In this document: piece after piece, positions 49,001 through 59,493 of the stretch | Layout of the letters: each line of letters opens with the position of its first letter | How positions within the stretch are numbered: the first letter of the stretch is position 1 | Origin: Phoronis australis | Taxonomy: Eukaryota > Animalia > Phoronida | Direction of reading: 5' to 3' | NCBI GenBank assembly: GCA_002633005.1 | Contig: NMRA01000170.1 | Coordinates: 712,730 to 776,729 of the forward strand | DNA: 64,000 bases | The notes under the pieces: generated by a model | Told to the model about the DNA's origin: nothing | Seen by the model: only the letters and a program-made list of their open reading frames with translations | Database searches by the model: none | Position numbers and translations under genes: made by a program

Positions 49001-49217
49001 TGACAACTTTGACTGAGAACCAATACACAGAAAACGATAATGGAATGGTACAAGAAGGCCTAACACACATTAAGAAAGAACGTTCAGAAAAGTAATTCTA
49101 CTTATCTTCACACAGTACATAAGGCGCAGGTGAACGACAATGTTTACCTTGTGCTGCAGGGTGAACATTCTTTATGAGAATATGAAGAGTGAGCAAAACA
49201 GCCCATTGTAACGCCAT
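33964..49217 (-). CDS. Uncharacterised type-I membrane protein, ~282 aa (signal peptide, single furin-like Cys-rich repeat, TM helix, helical cytoplasmic tail); whole gene span, 9 coding exons
   Basis: Exons 49217-49148, 47082-47028, 46592-46489, 43677-43560, 40225-40143, 39165-39018, 38385-38238, 37637-37612 and 34060-33964 join with GT-AG introns (phases 1,2,1,2,1,2,0,2) into one 849-nt ORF with coherent topology. Confidence 0.8.
34195..34555. repeat. 15-bp minisatellite of GCACATGTGGG type
   Basis: Tandem CACATGTG/CATG units. Confidence 0.85.
34590..34826 (-). pseudogene. Degenerate N-terminal zinc finger of a hAT-like transposase
   Basis: ...R*KDRFESSWESQFSFVKPSGKGDEYAHCRIC/FDFSVSHFGTFEIARHAK, with a stop and a frameshift. 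Confidence 0.6.
36570..36750. repeat. ~60-bp tandem duplication/triplication
   Basis: TGTATTGTGGTGACTGACCTGTCACAAAACTGTGGCTTAC repeated. Confidence 0.8.
37612..37637 (-). CDS. Novel receptor exon 8 (26-nt microexon)
   Basis: acccaccag|VPTFNEIT AG|gtgagt; supplies the phase 0->2 bridge to the last exon. Confidence 0.55.
38238..38385 (-). CDS. Novel receptor exon 7
   Basis: ttcttttcag|; NVILHLSRVLTLLDRDKSSNIPPDGSSLMIWAKASLHRYLAHNTDSSPK|gtaagg. Confidence 0.8.
39018..39165 (-). CDS. Novel receptor exon 6
   Basis: ctctttcag|; NSSICSKSEYKELVSELQPYSDVFLKMKSEAESKLTLAEADTEKSKAI; CA|gtatgt. Confidence 0.8.
39905..40085. repeat. ~20-bp minisatellite (GTGACCTGGTGGTGGGGTC..)n
   Basis: Tandem periodicity next to exon 5 of the minus-strand gene. 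Confidence 0.75.
40143..40225 (-). CDS. Novel receptor exon 5
   Basis: tttttcag|; KSSKPSKESFVVHEEDKPTVEYGNAIY; G|gtaggt. Confidence 0.8.
41631..41990 (+). CDS. THAP zinc-finger domain (N-terminus of Kolobok transposase, truncated before the DDE core)
   Basis: GCCATGG start; C-x4-C (CVVPAC), FP, W, VCGRHF and LKSDTVPSVF form the C2CH THAP signature. Confidence 0.75.
   Translation: MVWCVVPACSNYEAARKAGTSVFRFPREPEMLRKWLAAVKKDKYRVHTKYEAVKHLRVCGRHFVDSDFTDEFRLAKQLMPGQKKQPRLKSDTVPSVFAFGRQEAKKRGSVVSIMVQLAH
41950..42180 (-). pseudogene. Frameshifted N-terminus of a KolX / P2X7-ballast-like Zn-binding protein
   Basis: MATRNLDLEEYSSDEDF...GYQFKP/EYTDQE...ENRL/SWCQCANCTIMETT; the YQFxP...WCxCxNCxxM pattern survives across two frameshifts. 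Confidence 0.6.
43560..43677 (-). CDS. Novel receptor exon 4 (transmembrane helix)
   Basis: tttttgcag|; SSPTAPLSSGYLAVVIVVSVGLAISVGVGIAFYCFCLR; AG|gtaagt. Confidence 0.85.
45079..45229. mobile_element. 151-bp MITE with CAG...CTG termini and 5-bp TSD
   Basis: CAGGGGCGGATCCAG ... CTAAATCCGCCACTG, flanked by TGCAA on both sides. Confidence 0.75.
46489..46592 (-). CDS. Novel receptor exon 3 (Cys-rich)
   Basis: gttatag|; CVHFIEPDNRKCVTKCAAGYDVILTGEITGAVCH; G|gtatgt. Confidence 0.82.
47028..47082 (-). CDS. Novel receptor exon 2 (Cys-rich)
   Basis: ttttgtag|; KCAEDDCLQCDENKLCQ; AG|gtactt. Confidence 0.8.
47545..48095. repeat. 12-bp (ACACTGATGACA)n and ACA/ATC-rich low-complexity repeat; a related inverted copy lies at ~38540-38860
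   Basis: Tandem units; shared flanks GCTGCCTT(C/G)AACAC and AGTATGAAGA.AAGACAG. Confidence 0.75.
49148..49217 (-). CDS. Novel receptor exon 1 (signal peptide); exon acceptor at 49263
   Basis: MALQWAVLLTLHILIKNVHPAAQ; G|gtaaac; upstream acceptor ttttatttctgttttag. Confidence 0.75.
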
Positions 49218-49643
49218 ATTGCTGCCAGGCGGGGCTACCAGCTACTTCTTATCTTATCAGTGCCTAAAACAGAAATAAAATACAGCAAACATCAATGTGT
49301 ATAATCAGCATAGCACTAAGTGGGGGCAGCTTAGGTCAATCACACAGGTTCCCATCATTAATATAAGGGCTCCGGTTATCCATATTAATTCACCAAACTT
49401 AGTTTACTTCTTTGGTGGAATTAGAGACTTCTAACAGAATTGATATATTTCACTAGTAGATAGCATAATTATGATATCTTGGGCACCAAAAGACAAGAAT
49501 ATAATTCATTAAATTCAACATTTTCAGACCACAGGTCGATCAATGATAACGTAATTGGCAGCAGACTTGTTTAAGAAGTAGTTCATTCTTTCTGAAGGTG
49601 GCGCTATTCCTTTCCTGTTTTGATAAAACAATTAATAGGCCAT

Positions 49644-50090
49644 TTATTTATTTATTGTGATATTTAAAATGAGGGTGACCTCTTCAGTGATAGCACTGCT
49701 TTCCAAGAGGGCCCTCAACAACAAAAACAGTAATATAATACAATTAAGTAATAAAACAACAATTAAACATACGTGAAAAAGATACAGTTAAAACAGGTTG
49801 AGAATTAAGACAATAAATAAATGACAAACAATGGTGAAAATTTAACTAAGAGACATGAAATGACTCTAAACAGCGAGAGTATTTATGACAATGAGAAAAA
49901 AATGACATGATTAAGACAGGTTGCGTATAAAAAGGTTTGGTAAATTACAGCCACCTTTTAATATTTTGTTTAAAAGTATTTATTGAATTGCACCGTTTAA
50001 TTTCTGGGCTAATAGAATTCCATATTGTATCAGCAGCATAGATAAAAGATCTCTTGCCGGCATGCTGGGGCGTTGACAGTGCATCTATGC
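49644..50090 (-). mobile_element. 3' end of an L2/CR1-type LINE
   Basis: ORF2 tail GKRSFIYAADTIWNSISPEIKRCNSINTFKQNIKRWL*, 3' stem-loop GAGGGCCCTCTT..AAGAGGTCACCCTC and AATAAAT-repeat tail. Confidence 0.7.
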
Positions 50091-51013
50091 TCCTAGGGGT
50101 AAAGTTGACGTACAATGATACTATTGAGCAGCTGCTGCAGAGTAGCAAAGCGTTTACATGTGGATCACAAAATGTATGCTTACAGGGGTGCTTACAAGTT
50201 CCATGAAATACCACAGTACTTGACCACTGATGGTAGGTAAGCCTACGGTACTGACACTTTTAACTGGTATCTCAAAAGATTATTAAACTGTCACTTAAAG
50301 GGATACTAAACCAGGTTTTGGACTATTAGCACTTACTTTCAATATTAACACCCATGATACTCTTAGTAGTTGAAAGAATGAGGATTGGTTGAAATCATTA
50401 AACAGATTTTAGTGTTCTTTTCAATGCAACTTTTTGTTACCAGTTCAACCAATTCATTCCACAACTTAACATACAAACTCCCCAAAGTAAAGTCATGCTC
50501 ACATATTGTCAGTGCATAGATACTAGTAGACAATCTATAGTCAGTGCACTTCTCAACATGAGGGCATGAGGCAGACATGACCTAACATCCGTCGGAGAGT
50601 TCTGGCAACAGTCTTCTCTAAGAAAAGTTTTCGAAGAAATCATGTGTCTATATTTTGTCAGGTCACTGCAACATCAAATTTATTCAGGCAATTGGTTCCA
50701 CAGAGGCACAGAGAGACAACTCGATTATGACTTATTGTAGGCCTAGTTTACTTTAGGCTGTTATTAATTTGCAAATGAACGAAATCTCGAGACAGTAAGT
50801 TATTAAGGGAAAAGATTCGGATAAGACATTTAGTCCCCGGATAGTGACTGAAGAAAACGCCAGGTGGATGGTAAGAGAAATGACAATGATATATGCCTAC
50901 GGGTGTGGGCACATAAAAAAGAAAAGAAAAGAAAAGGACCTGCATTCCACCACTCGCACATGAATCACAGTCTTGACCGATATTGAAATACCCGAGTTTG
51001 ACCTATTACATAC

Positions 51014-51366
51014 GACTGTCTGCTTATATACAAGTGCTCTTCTTATAAATAAACACACATCCGGTCACAACAATCATAAAACTTTTTGTTTGTTGTAACA
51101 CATTTCGTGTAACTTGTAGTACTGCAGTTTTATTTTCACACACAATGGGATTGAATCAGGCAGGCCGTTTTTAATAATTTTATTCGCTCAGACGAATTCC
51201 TCAAAATTGTGGAATTTTTGGCTGTTCTGTTTTCCTCCCTCACTAATGAAATTTTACTGTCGCCGCCATATTGATGTTGGTAATATATTTTGCGTTTTGA
51301 AGGTTCACACTATTCTGCTTTATTGTTGTGTTTATCTTTCCTGAAACACCCTGACAACGTAGTTAG
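51014..51366. promoter_or_regulatory. Putative bidirectional promoter and non-coding first exons of the novel receptor gene (-) and epsin (+)
   Basis: YY1-like GCCGCCATATTG at ~51262; + strand donor AG|gtacgt after 51366; - strand donor |gtatgt below 51014. The first coding exons of both genes begin with splice acceptors. Confidence 0.4.
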
Positions 51367-53994
51367 GTACGTTTTATTTTTTGTTAGTTTCTGTGCAAGT
51401 GTTTATTTTTCTCTGAAAACGTGAAATTTCGCAACGAACAGACTTCGTTTGCCCTCTGTATTGCCTGACTCATGTCTGAAGTGAACATGTAAAGCTAAAC
51501 CACTTTAAAACTGTTTACTGACCCCGCTGACCGGTCTCGCCCGACGACGTACTTACTAGTTGAACCACAATGAATCCAGAGGTAGCTGAATACTGATGGT
51601 TTCATCTGTTGGGCTTATCTAAACAGCTAGCGTAAATTTACCCATACGTTTCCAAATTGTTTTGTACTTTAATTATATACAATATACATTATTTGTTATT
51701 TTTGGAAAATGCTTACTCGTTGTAATAAAACTTAATTTCCTGGAGTTTCCAATGGTGTGTGACCTAAGAGAAACCGATGAACAAATTGAAATTACAAACG
51801 GTAGAAGAGCAACTCAATTGAACTTGTAACTAAGCCTTGCCTGGCTTGGTAATAGTGTAGTGAGACAGTATTCCACCCGTCTCACTGTTGTGCTGGCCTT
51901 CTGCTGCACACGCCCCTGTTTCGGAAGACGACTGGAGACTACTGACGTTGGCTGTAGTCTGGCCCATATGACCTTTGGATTTTACTTCATCACCCAGTCA
52001 CTGGGGCCCATTTTCAAAATTCCTCTCCTGAAGTTCTCTCGGCAACTTGAGCTTAAAATGTGAAACTGAAAGTTGGGGTTTGGGCCCCTCATTTTTTAGT
52101 GGAAAAGTGCTGTAGTACTTGAGCACTTATCCCGCAGTCGACTTCGGAACAAGATTTCTTCATTTTAACTTAATTTGATTTAAGTGTAATTTTTGGGAAA
52201 GTGAAGGTGAGAGCTTTTGTCAGCAGGATTACTTTTCAATAGGGTTACCCGTTGAGTTTCGGTTTAGTCAATTACTGGAGGGCAATCTTGCAGTGCGTTT
52301 TCATCACGAACCTACATTTTTAGGACATGTCTAGATTATTTAACAGGTACTGTCACTGTCTGTGACTGGATTGATATGTGCATACATGGGCATATATTGC
52401 CCCAGCCCCATCTTTGAGGGGCATGCTTTTTTTCTGAAAGTATGTAACTTTCTGGAATTTAGAGTATGTGCAATTGCATAATCCTTTGCTTGAGTGAGGG
52501 TCCTGACTGTTGGTCACAGGAGGCTTTGAAAACCATTTCTTTGACCACTTTTGAGAGGCACTTTGATTTTTGATGTCACAAACCACTGTGTTTTATAAGA
52601 GTAAAAGGTTCCCTTGTTTAAACTTGCATATTTCAATGAAATTGAACTTTGAAATTTGTAAATTGACTTCAGATTGAACATAGTATAAACCATATTTAAA
52701 AACAATGAAACTAGATGTCCTCAAGGTGTGAAACAGGAAATCATATGTCCAACGCATGCATGAAGTCATAGAAATATGCACAGGTTTTATTTTTCACATT
52801 AAAATGTAAATTGGAGGTCGATTTCTTCATTTGTTGGTGTCTTTTTGTGGTGAACTTTGGAGCTATCATTGCAAACATTTTGTAGAATATAAATCGGTAA
52901 ATAAAACAACAAGAATTGATCAACTGAAATTTGAAATTTTCAGATGTAATAACTTCCTTTGTCAACAAAAACAGAAATAAAGTAAAATCAAACACAAAAT
53001 TACAATTGACATATAAGATATGGTGTAATGTATGAACATTTTGTGTATTGTTATGCTGATAATGTAGCTACAAATCTTTCTTCAGTGGAGCATTTAGCTT
53101 TCAATAAATTAACCTTACATAAGATGGTAACAAAGATGCACTATTCTACTCATAGATTTTTTTCATACCTTTATTATGATAAAATTTTTGACAATTTGCA
53201 TTACACCATTGCAACACCGATACTACTTAGTAAACTGTGAGCGTTTTCAGTTTTAAAGTAAATCCTAAAATTTCAAGAGAAAAATCAATCTCACCACTTT
53301 ATCAAATTAGACAGTTACTATCCAGAAAATATATTGATTGCAATGTTTATTTGCGATTGCAAATGCATTGTTTAAAAAGTAATGATTACAGTGCTGACAC
53401 TAAATAATTTAGTGTTTGAAAAAGGAAGTCGCCCCTTTAATCTCCAGCCTCTGTCTAATTCTCCCACTCAACTGCTTCTCAGACGATTCTGCCCCACCCT
53501 GATGATACCCGTCTTGAATGTCTCCCACCGCCACGTCCCCTCAGCTCAGTGGCCCTGAAATCAATTTTCCCAAGCCTGGTGCCATAAGTCCATAATGACT
53601 TACTTTGCTTAAGAAATGACAAATCCTCTGATACTTAAAATTCTTGCATAGGTTTTCAAACTCTACCCAAGTAAGCCTAACTTAATGCAGTGACTAGTCA
53701 AAGCAGGTTGAGGTGAACACTCTATATATCAATTGTTTCTCAGGGATAGATGCAGACAAAAATATGGTCAAAATACATTTTTTGGCGAATGTGTTTTGCA
53801 ACAAGATTTGATACATGACAGTGACTTACAAAAGGCTTTTGTGACCCACTGGTTTAAAGAAAACTTGGAATAACACCCAGATTATAATAGAACCAGTTAG
53901 CACCGAGCCCTGGAGAGACATCGGAAAGATCGAAATTTAGTCCCAGGAATTTTAGCTCGCAAGCACCCTATGTAGTCTAGCATTATTCCGCCCT

Positions 53995-55221
53995 TTTTAT
54001 GCGCCCAAATATTTATATGTGGACGCATTATGCCATCATCTCTGTCCATCCGGCGTCCGCTGCTCTATCTCCAAAACCCTTTGAGATGCTTTCATAAAAT
54101 TTGGCACACATGTTCCATTCATGAATGGGACGGCATGAGCGAAATTTCGGACAGATCCGAATACTGGTGTGCCCTCTAGTGGCAATTTTAGTTTTTTACG
54201 CTTACCTTTGTATCTTCAAAAGTCCTGAACGGATTTTCATGAAATTTGGTATGTAGGCACCTATTGGTGAGATGACGCTATCCTCCCGTTTTCGGATGGA
54301 TTCGACGTAGATTACGCCACCTAGTGGCCAGTTTTACTGTTTTCTGTTTTCGAGTCTGTTTTTTGCGTCCACCCCTCTATCAACCAAACCGCTCAAAGGA
54401 TGATTGTGAAAATTGGCATGCACGTGCTTACTATAAAGAGGACGGTTGACTATAATTTCGGATGATTTCAACTACTTTGACGCCTCCTAGTGGCAGTTTT
54501 GTTTTTGTTGCGCCTATGGCTGTATCTCCTAAACCGTTCGCAGGATCTTTACTTAATTTAGCAAGTGTATTTATATGACGTTGACTACGGATGACGACGA
54601 CTTTCGGACAGATCTGACTACTGCTGTGCCCCATAGTGGCAATTTTGTTTTTTTACGTTTAACTCAGTATCTTTAAAAGGTTCTCAACAGATTTTCATAA
54701 AATTTTAAATATAGGCATCTATTGGTGTGATGACGCTATATTCCTGTTTTTGGATGGAATCTAGGTATTTTGCACCACCTAGTGGCCATTTTTGCTGTTT
54801 TCAAATCTTGTTTTTGGTTTCCACCCCTGGCATATATGTTCTCAGTGTGAAGACAACCTTTGATGATCGTGAACTAACTACTGTGGCGCCTCCTAGTGGT
54901 AGTTTTGTTTTGGGCCCATAGTTGTATCTCTTAAACCCACTGCATGTGTATTTATATGAAGATAACAACAGACGACGGCCACTTTCAGGCGGATCCAACG
55001 GACACTGCCCACTAGTGGCAATTTCATTTTCTGTTTTCCTTTGTTTCTCTGAAGTTCCTTGACAGATTTTTATGAAATATGGCATGTTCCTGTTTTTGGA
55101 TGGATTGTATGTTTTTGCACCATCTAGTGGCCATCTTTATGATACAAATAAATAACCCTAAAAGCAAACCATTTGCTATGCATTCGTGGTCGCATTTCAA
55201 CGCTCTGCGTTGCTCTTGTTT
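53995..55221 (+). mobile_element. HINE/DINE-1-like non-autonomous Helentron with internal tandem repeats
   Basis: T-run followed by palindromic subTIR ATGCGCCCA..TGGACGCAT, GTCC tract, ~110-165-bp internal units, 3' GTGGTCGCAT, hairpin CAACGC-TCT-GCGTTG, ends CTTGTT. Confidence 0.72.
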
Positions 55222-55547
55222 AATTTTGAAAAGTGTTGAACCTTGCAAGTCTCCGTCTTGAATAATGGAACCTCTGCTCTGTATACAGTGTGGTACTGAC
55301 TATAACAATGTAAGTACAATTTTTCTTGAGTAGTCAAGCTCTCTTTTGCTTCAACGAAGCATGTTGTGTGGCTACTGCTAGACATACAAAACAATCCCAA
55401 AGAAGCACCATGGGGTCTTTTTCTCGGTGGTGGCTCCTCGGGACATCCGTTTTTAGGAACAAATGACACTTGTTTTTCTATCTGTTATGTGTTAACGATT
55501 CTTGCAGGAGACTGTTGTGAGTAGATTCCTGAGAAAGATTCAGCATC

Positions 55548-56033
55548 ATGCCGATCCGTAGGACACTAAAGAATGTGGTTAACAATTTCACGGATGCCCA
55601 GGTCAAAGTTCGTGAAGCCACATCTAACGACCCTTGGGGGCCTTCGAGCACCATCATGGGAGAGATTGCTGACTTGACGTATAATGTTGTAGCTTTCACA
55701 GAAATCATGCAAATGATATGGAAACGTTTGAACGATCACGGTAAAAACTGGAGGCACGTGTACAAGTCACTTGTGCTGTTGGATTATATTGTCAAAACGG
55801 GAAGTGAGAAGGTTGCACAACAATGTAAGGAGAACATTTACGCTATACAAACTTTGAAAGACTTTCAGTACATGGAGGAAAATAAAGATCAAGGTATAAA
55901 TGTTCGGGAGAAGGCAAAACAGCTGGTGGCGCTGCTGAAGGATGACGAAAGGTTGAAGAACGAGCGGGCAAAGGCACTCAAGGCAAAGGAACGCTTTGCT
56001 CAAAACTCTATGGGCATCGGCAGTGATTCCCAG
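55548..56033 (+). CDS. EPN2: Epsin coding exon 1, ENTH domain (single invertebrate orthologue of EPN1/2/3)
   Basis: MPIRRTLKNVVNNFTDAQVKVREATSNDPWGPSS...WKRLNDHGKNWRHVYKSL...; acceptor AG ending 55507; CAG|gtaaac. Confidence 0.96.
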
Positions 56034-57715
56034 GTAAACTCGGTTGGATTTACTATTAATTTTACTCTTGCTACGTATTTAAACATCAAATGTTGACCTT
56101 TTAAAAACTGGTCTTAAAATATCTGTTGTGGTTGCAATTAAAAGGTTGTTGGCGTGTTGCCATCGGGTCTTCCAATCTACTGGTTTATCTCAGGAATTAG
56201 TTAAAACTTGTGTGATGCGTTGATTTCCTCAAGGCAAGTTATGTGTCCATCCCGTATTAGGCTGTGAAGCCTTTGATAGGCACAGCAAAACTCCAGTTGG
56301 CGTTGAAGAGGCTTGGCTTAGATTGAGCACATCACGTGGCCTGTGATGTTTTGATGACTACCAGTAGCCAAGTAGCAGTGATCACCTGCGGAATGGCAAG
56401 CCTTTCTAGGCATAAGAGTTTCTTTTTCTCAGTCAGGGTCTGGAAATATAAGTCAGCATATCAGGCTCTTTCTAACTCAGTTTGCGAATGCAACATCAGC
56501 TTTGGTTAAGTGATTGGTAAGTCACCATGCACACACACCCGAGTATGTAGTTGAAACGCTATATTAAGTGAGCAGATGGAGCGTGGAATTGTTTAGCAAA
56601 ATCTTGAAGGGCCTTTCATGATTCATGCACAGACAACATGTCTTGGATCATCTGTTTGCCAATATATAAGAAGTGATCTTGCACGTGATACTGTACTCAA
56701 GGGGAAAATTGGTCATTACTCAACACACCATATACCCCTAATTTTTGTTAGCTAAGAAAATAGGTACCCAACCTCAGTTCTTCCAGATGTCATTTGCAAT
56801 TCTGTTTTGCCATCATCTATAATGTCAGGAAAACAAATTCCTGGTCTGAATTGTCCTCTGTCGAGTTTACAACCACCAGTGTAATGGATGGACAGTTGGT
56901 CAGTGTGATTTATAATCCCATCTCTGAAATAAGCACATGCATTAGTAAGTTTCAAATATGACAGTAATGTGAACGGTTACAATGCAGAGTTCTCTGCAAC
57001 TGGTTAGCCAAGTGTATCAAAAGTGTGCAATCATAAACAAATTTGCCAGGAGTGTATGTAGCGGTTGACATTGTTCTTTCTTTGGTCCAAATGTACTTGC
57101 AGTTATGCTTGAGTATTTTTTCCTGGCTTGTTACCTGATAGCAAAGTATGTCAGTGTGGACAAAACAAGTTAACCTTTGTTCTTCATTTTAAAAACTGAT
57201 GACAATTTACAAACAGTACCTGTCTGTATTCACAACTGAAGATCAAACATGTCAGAGGGCTATTCAAATGTGTCGGAGGGCTGTTCAAACGTGTCGCAAC
57301 TGCCGTGTAACTATAGTTATTCTACCTTTAATGGTTTCAGCGTTATTCTTTCTGGAAATGCCTTGTAAGATCAGTCAATTATTTAACTGGGAAATTTGCA
57401 GTTTTGTTTTTAATTGACTTTTGTTGTATGTTTTAAAGTCGGAAGTGCCTACAACCACACTTTCCATGTTATTTGTTTCACAAACCTTGGGTCCGTTTCA
57501 TGAAAGCGACTTCTGACAAATTTGGTGTGATGTTCACATTTCACAATTATAATCTTAAATTATAGAATTCTCAGAGACTGCAGTTGTGAGATTCAATTAT
57601 TTTTCAGTAATAGTTGTGTGGAGAGACCAAATTTCTGTCTGAAATCTTAAGTGACTTTCCATGAAACGTTTGCCGGGTTTACAGGACAAATGTGTGAAAC
57701 GGTGTAGCATATGTA

Positions 57716-58657
57716 TTTTATGGTCCCACATTTACATGTCGTGGGTGCATATTGATGCCATCGTTGACTGACATCTGGTGTTCTCTACTGTATCTCGTCA
57801 ACCCCTGGCACGATCTTAATGAGATTTGGCAGACGTATTTCTATGAAGCTGAGGACTAATGATAAAGAGTTTCGATGGCTTTGATATCTGTCAAGTTGCT
57901 GGAAGGATCTTTATGAAAATTGGAGTTGTGTTGAGTTGACTATGACTGATGTTCCTTTTTAGACATGTCAGACTGCTGTGGTACCCTCTAGTGTCACTTT
58001 TTTGTTATGCGTCGGCCAAACTGTTCAAATGGTCCTTTCCATTACAGTTAACTGCACTGCTATCGAAGCTTCAATGATAACAGTGGTTAACCACAAAATT
58101 AGTGTTCCCATCAGCTTTGGAGGTAGTCAGAAAACTAGCTTAGCAAAGTTATCAAAAGGTGACGGTAACGTGACCTTTGGTCATGTGCGTTGACGTTTTT
58201 GTTCTTGTGATCAAAAATGGCTATGACCTATCCCTTTCAAATGGAAACTAGTACGCCATCAGAGTTGAGAGTTCCCTTTGTATCCAAGCATCGACGATTT
58301 GCTGTTAAATCCACCTCTTTACTCCAGAGTTGTTAGCTTAGATTCAAACCAAATTTAAGTGTTCCCATTGACCATAGCGTCGGCAACATTGAAGCTTCAG
58401 AGCCGGTTGGAAAAGCTTAAAGGCTCGTGCAAATTGGTAAATGTGTTCTAGGATGAGAAGACCAAGCCTGAAGTCATATTGACCTGAGTACTGTGCCGCC
58501 ACATCGTGGAGATTCTGTCTTTTTCAGCCACAGATGTGCATCGTTAATCATTTGTAAAACCTGTGTGAAATTTGGCAAGTGTTTTCCTATGAATGTGACA
58601 ATGGCTGACCACGACTTTTGGACAGGGTGCATTTCAATGCTTCATATTGCTCTAATT
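57716..58657 (+). mobile_element. Degenerate HINE-like element
   Basis: CCCACAT..GTGGGTGCAT start; 3' GGGTGCATTTCAATGC..ATTGCTCT resembles the end at ~55200. Confidence 0.5.
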
Positions 58658-58974
58658 CGGAAATGACCTCTGATTGTGTGAAAATTATTTTTTCAAAGCT
58701 AAATTTCTTTGTTTATTTTGTGTTGTGTTAATTTTCAGACATGCTTGAAATATTTTGTTACAAAAATATGTATCTGGCTACGTCTACAAGCATGAAATTC
58801 CTTACCCTATAAATTGATAGTATAAAAAATTCTATATCCTGATTCAGCAATTTAGTCACATCGTGACAAATGTTAATTTTAGTTTGAAACTTTGAATAAG
58901 TAATGAATTGTTATTCATACAGTGAGTTGCAATCTTGTTTTTATAACATCGTTATTGCCTTTTACTCATTTCAG

Positions 58975-59068
58975 GTTCATTTTGGTCGGGCAGGTAAAAA
59001 GGAAAGTCCTCGTTTTGGAATGGGTTCTAATGATCCTGGTGCATCCAGCAGGTCAACAAGTTTTGACT
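58975..59068 (+). CDS. EPN2: Epsin coding exon 2
   Basis: tttcag|VHFGRAGKKESPRFGMGSNDPGASSRSTSFD; T|gtaagt; phase 0->1. Confidence 0.8.
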
Positions 59069-59308
59069 GTAAGTTGCTTCACCTGATGACCAGCTGTGCA
59101 TTGACCTCTGACTTCTTTGACATGTTAATTAATTATGATAGTAGCTTAGTTAGATGTTGAATGACATTGTCTGGTCTTCCTGGGAGGCCTGTCTGGTATT
59201 GGTGTATAATTTATTCAAGTGTTATCTGCTGTGTATTTTTTGGTCCTTGTGAGTAGAGTGCGGGGGTGACACAAATTACAACAACCTTTTTTCTATCCAC
59301 TTGTTTAG

Positions 59309-59493
59309 CCTCTCCCAGCCACACTGAGCAGGAGACGACCAAGCCCAGTTCACTTGGCGATGAAGAACTTCAGCTACAACTGGCCCTGGCCATAAGTAAG
59401 GAGGAATATGACCAGGAGCAGAAACGGAAACAGAAAGATGATATTAAGTTGCACATCGCTATGGAGGAGAGCAAGAGAGAGATGGAGCAAGAT
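59309..59493 (+). CDS. EPN2: Epsin coding exon 3 with two UIMs; gene presumably continues past the window
   Basis: DEELQLQLALAISKEE and DDIKLHIAMEESKRE; GAT|gtgagt. Confidence 0.92.

Noticed and set aside
1135-59493. U12-type introns in any of the three genes
   Set aside because: All inferred donors are ordinary GT types; none matches RTATCCTT.
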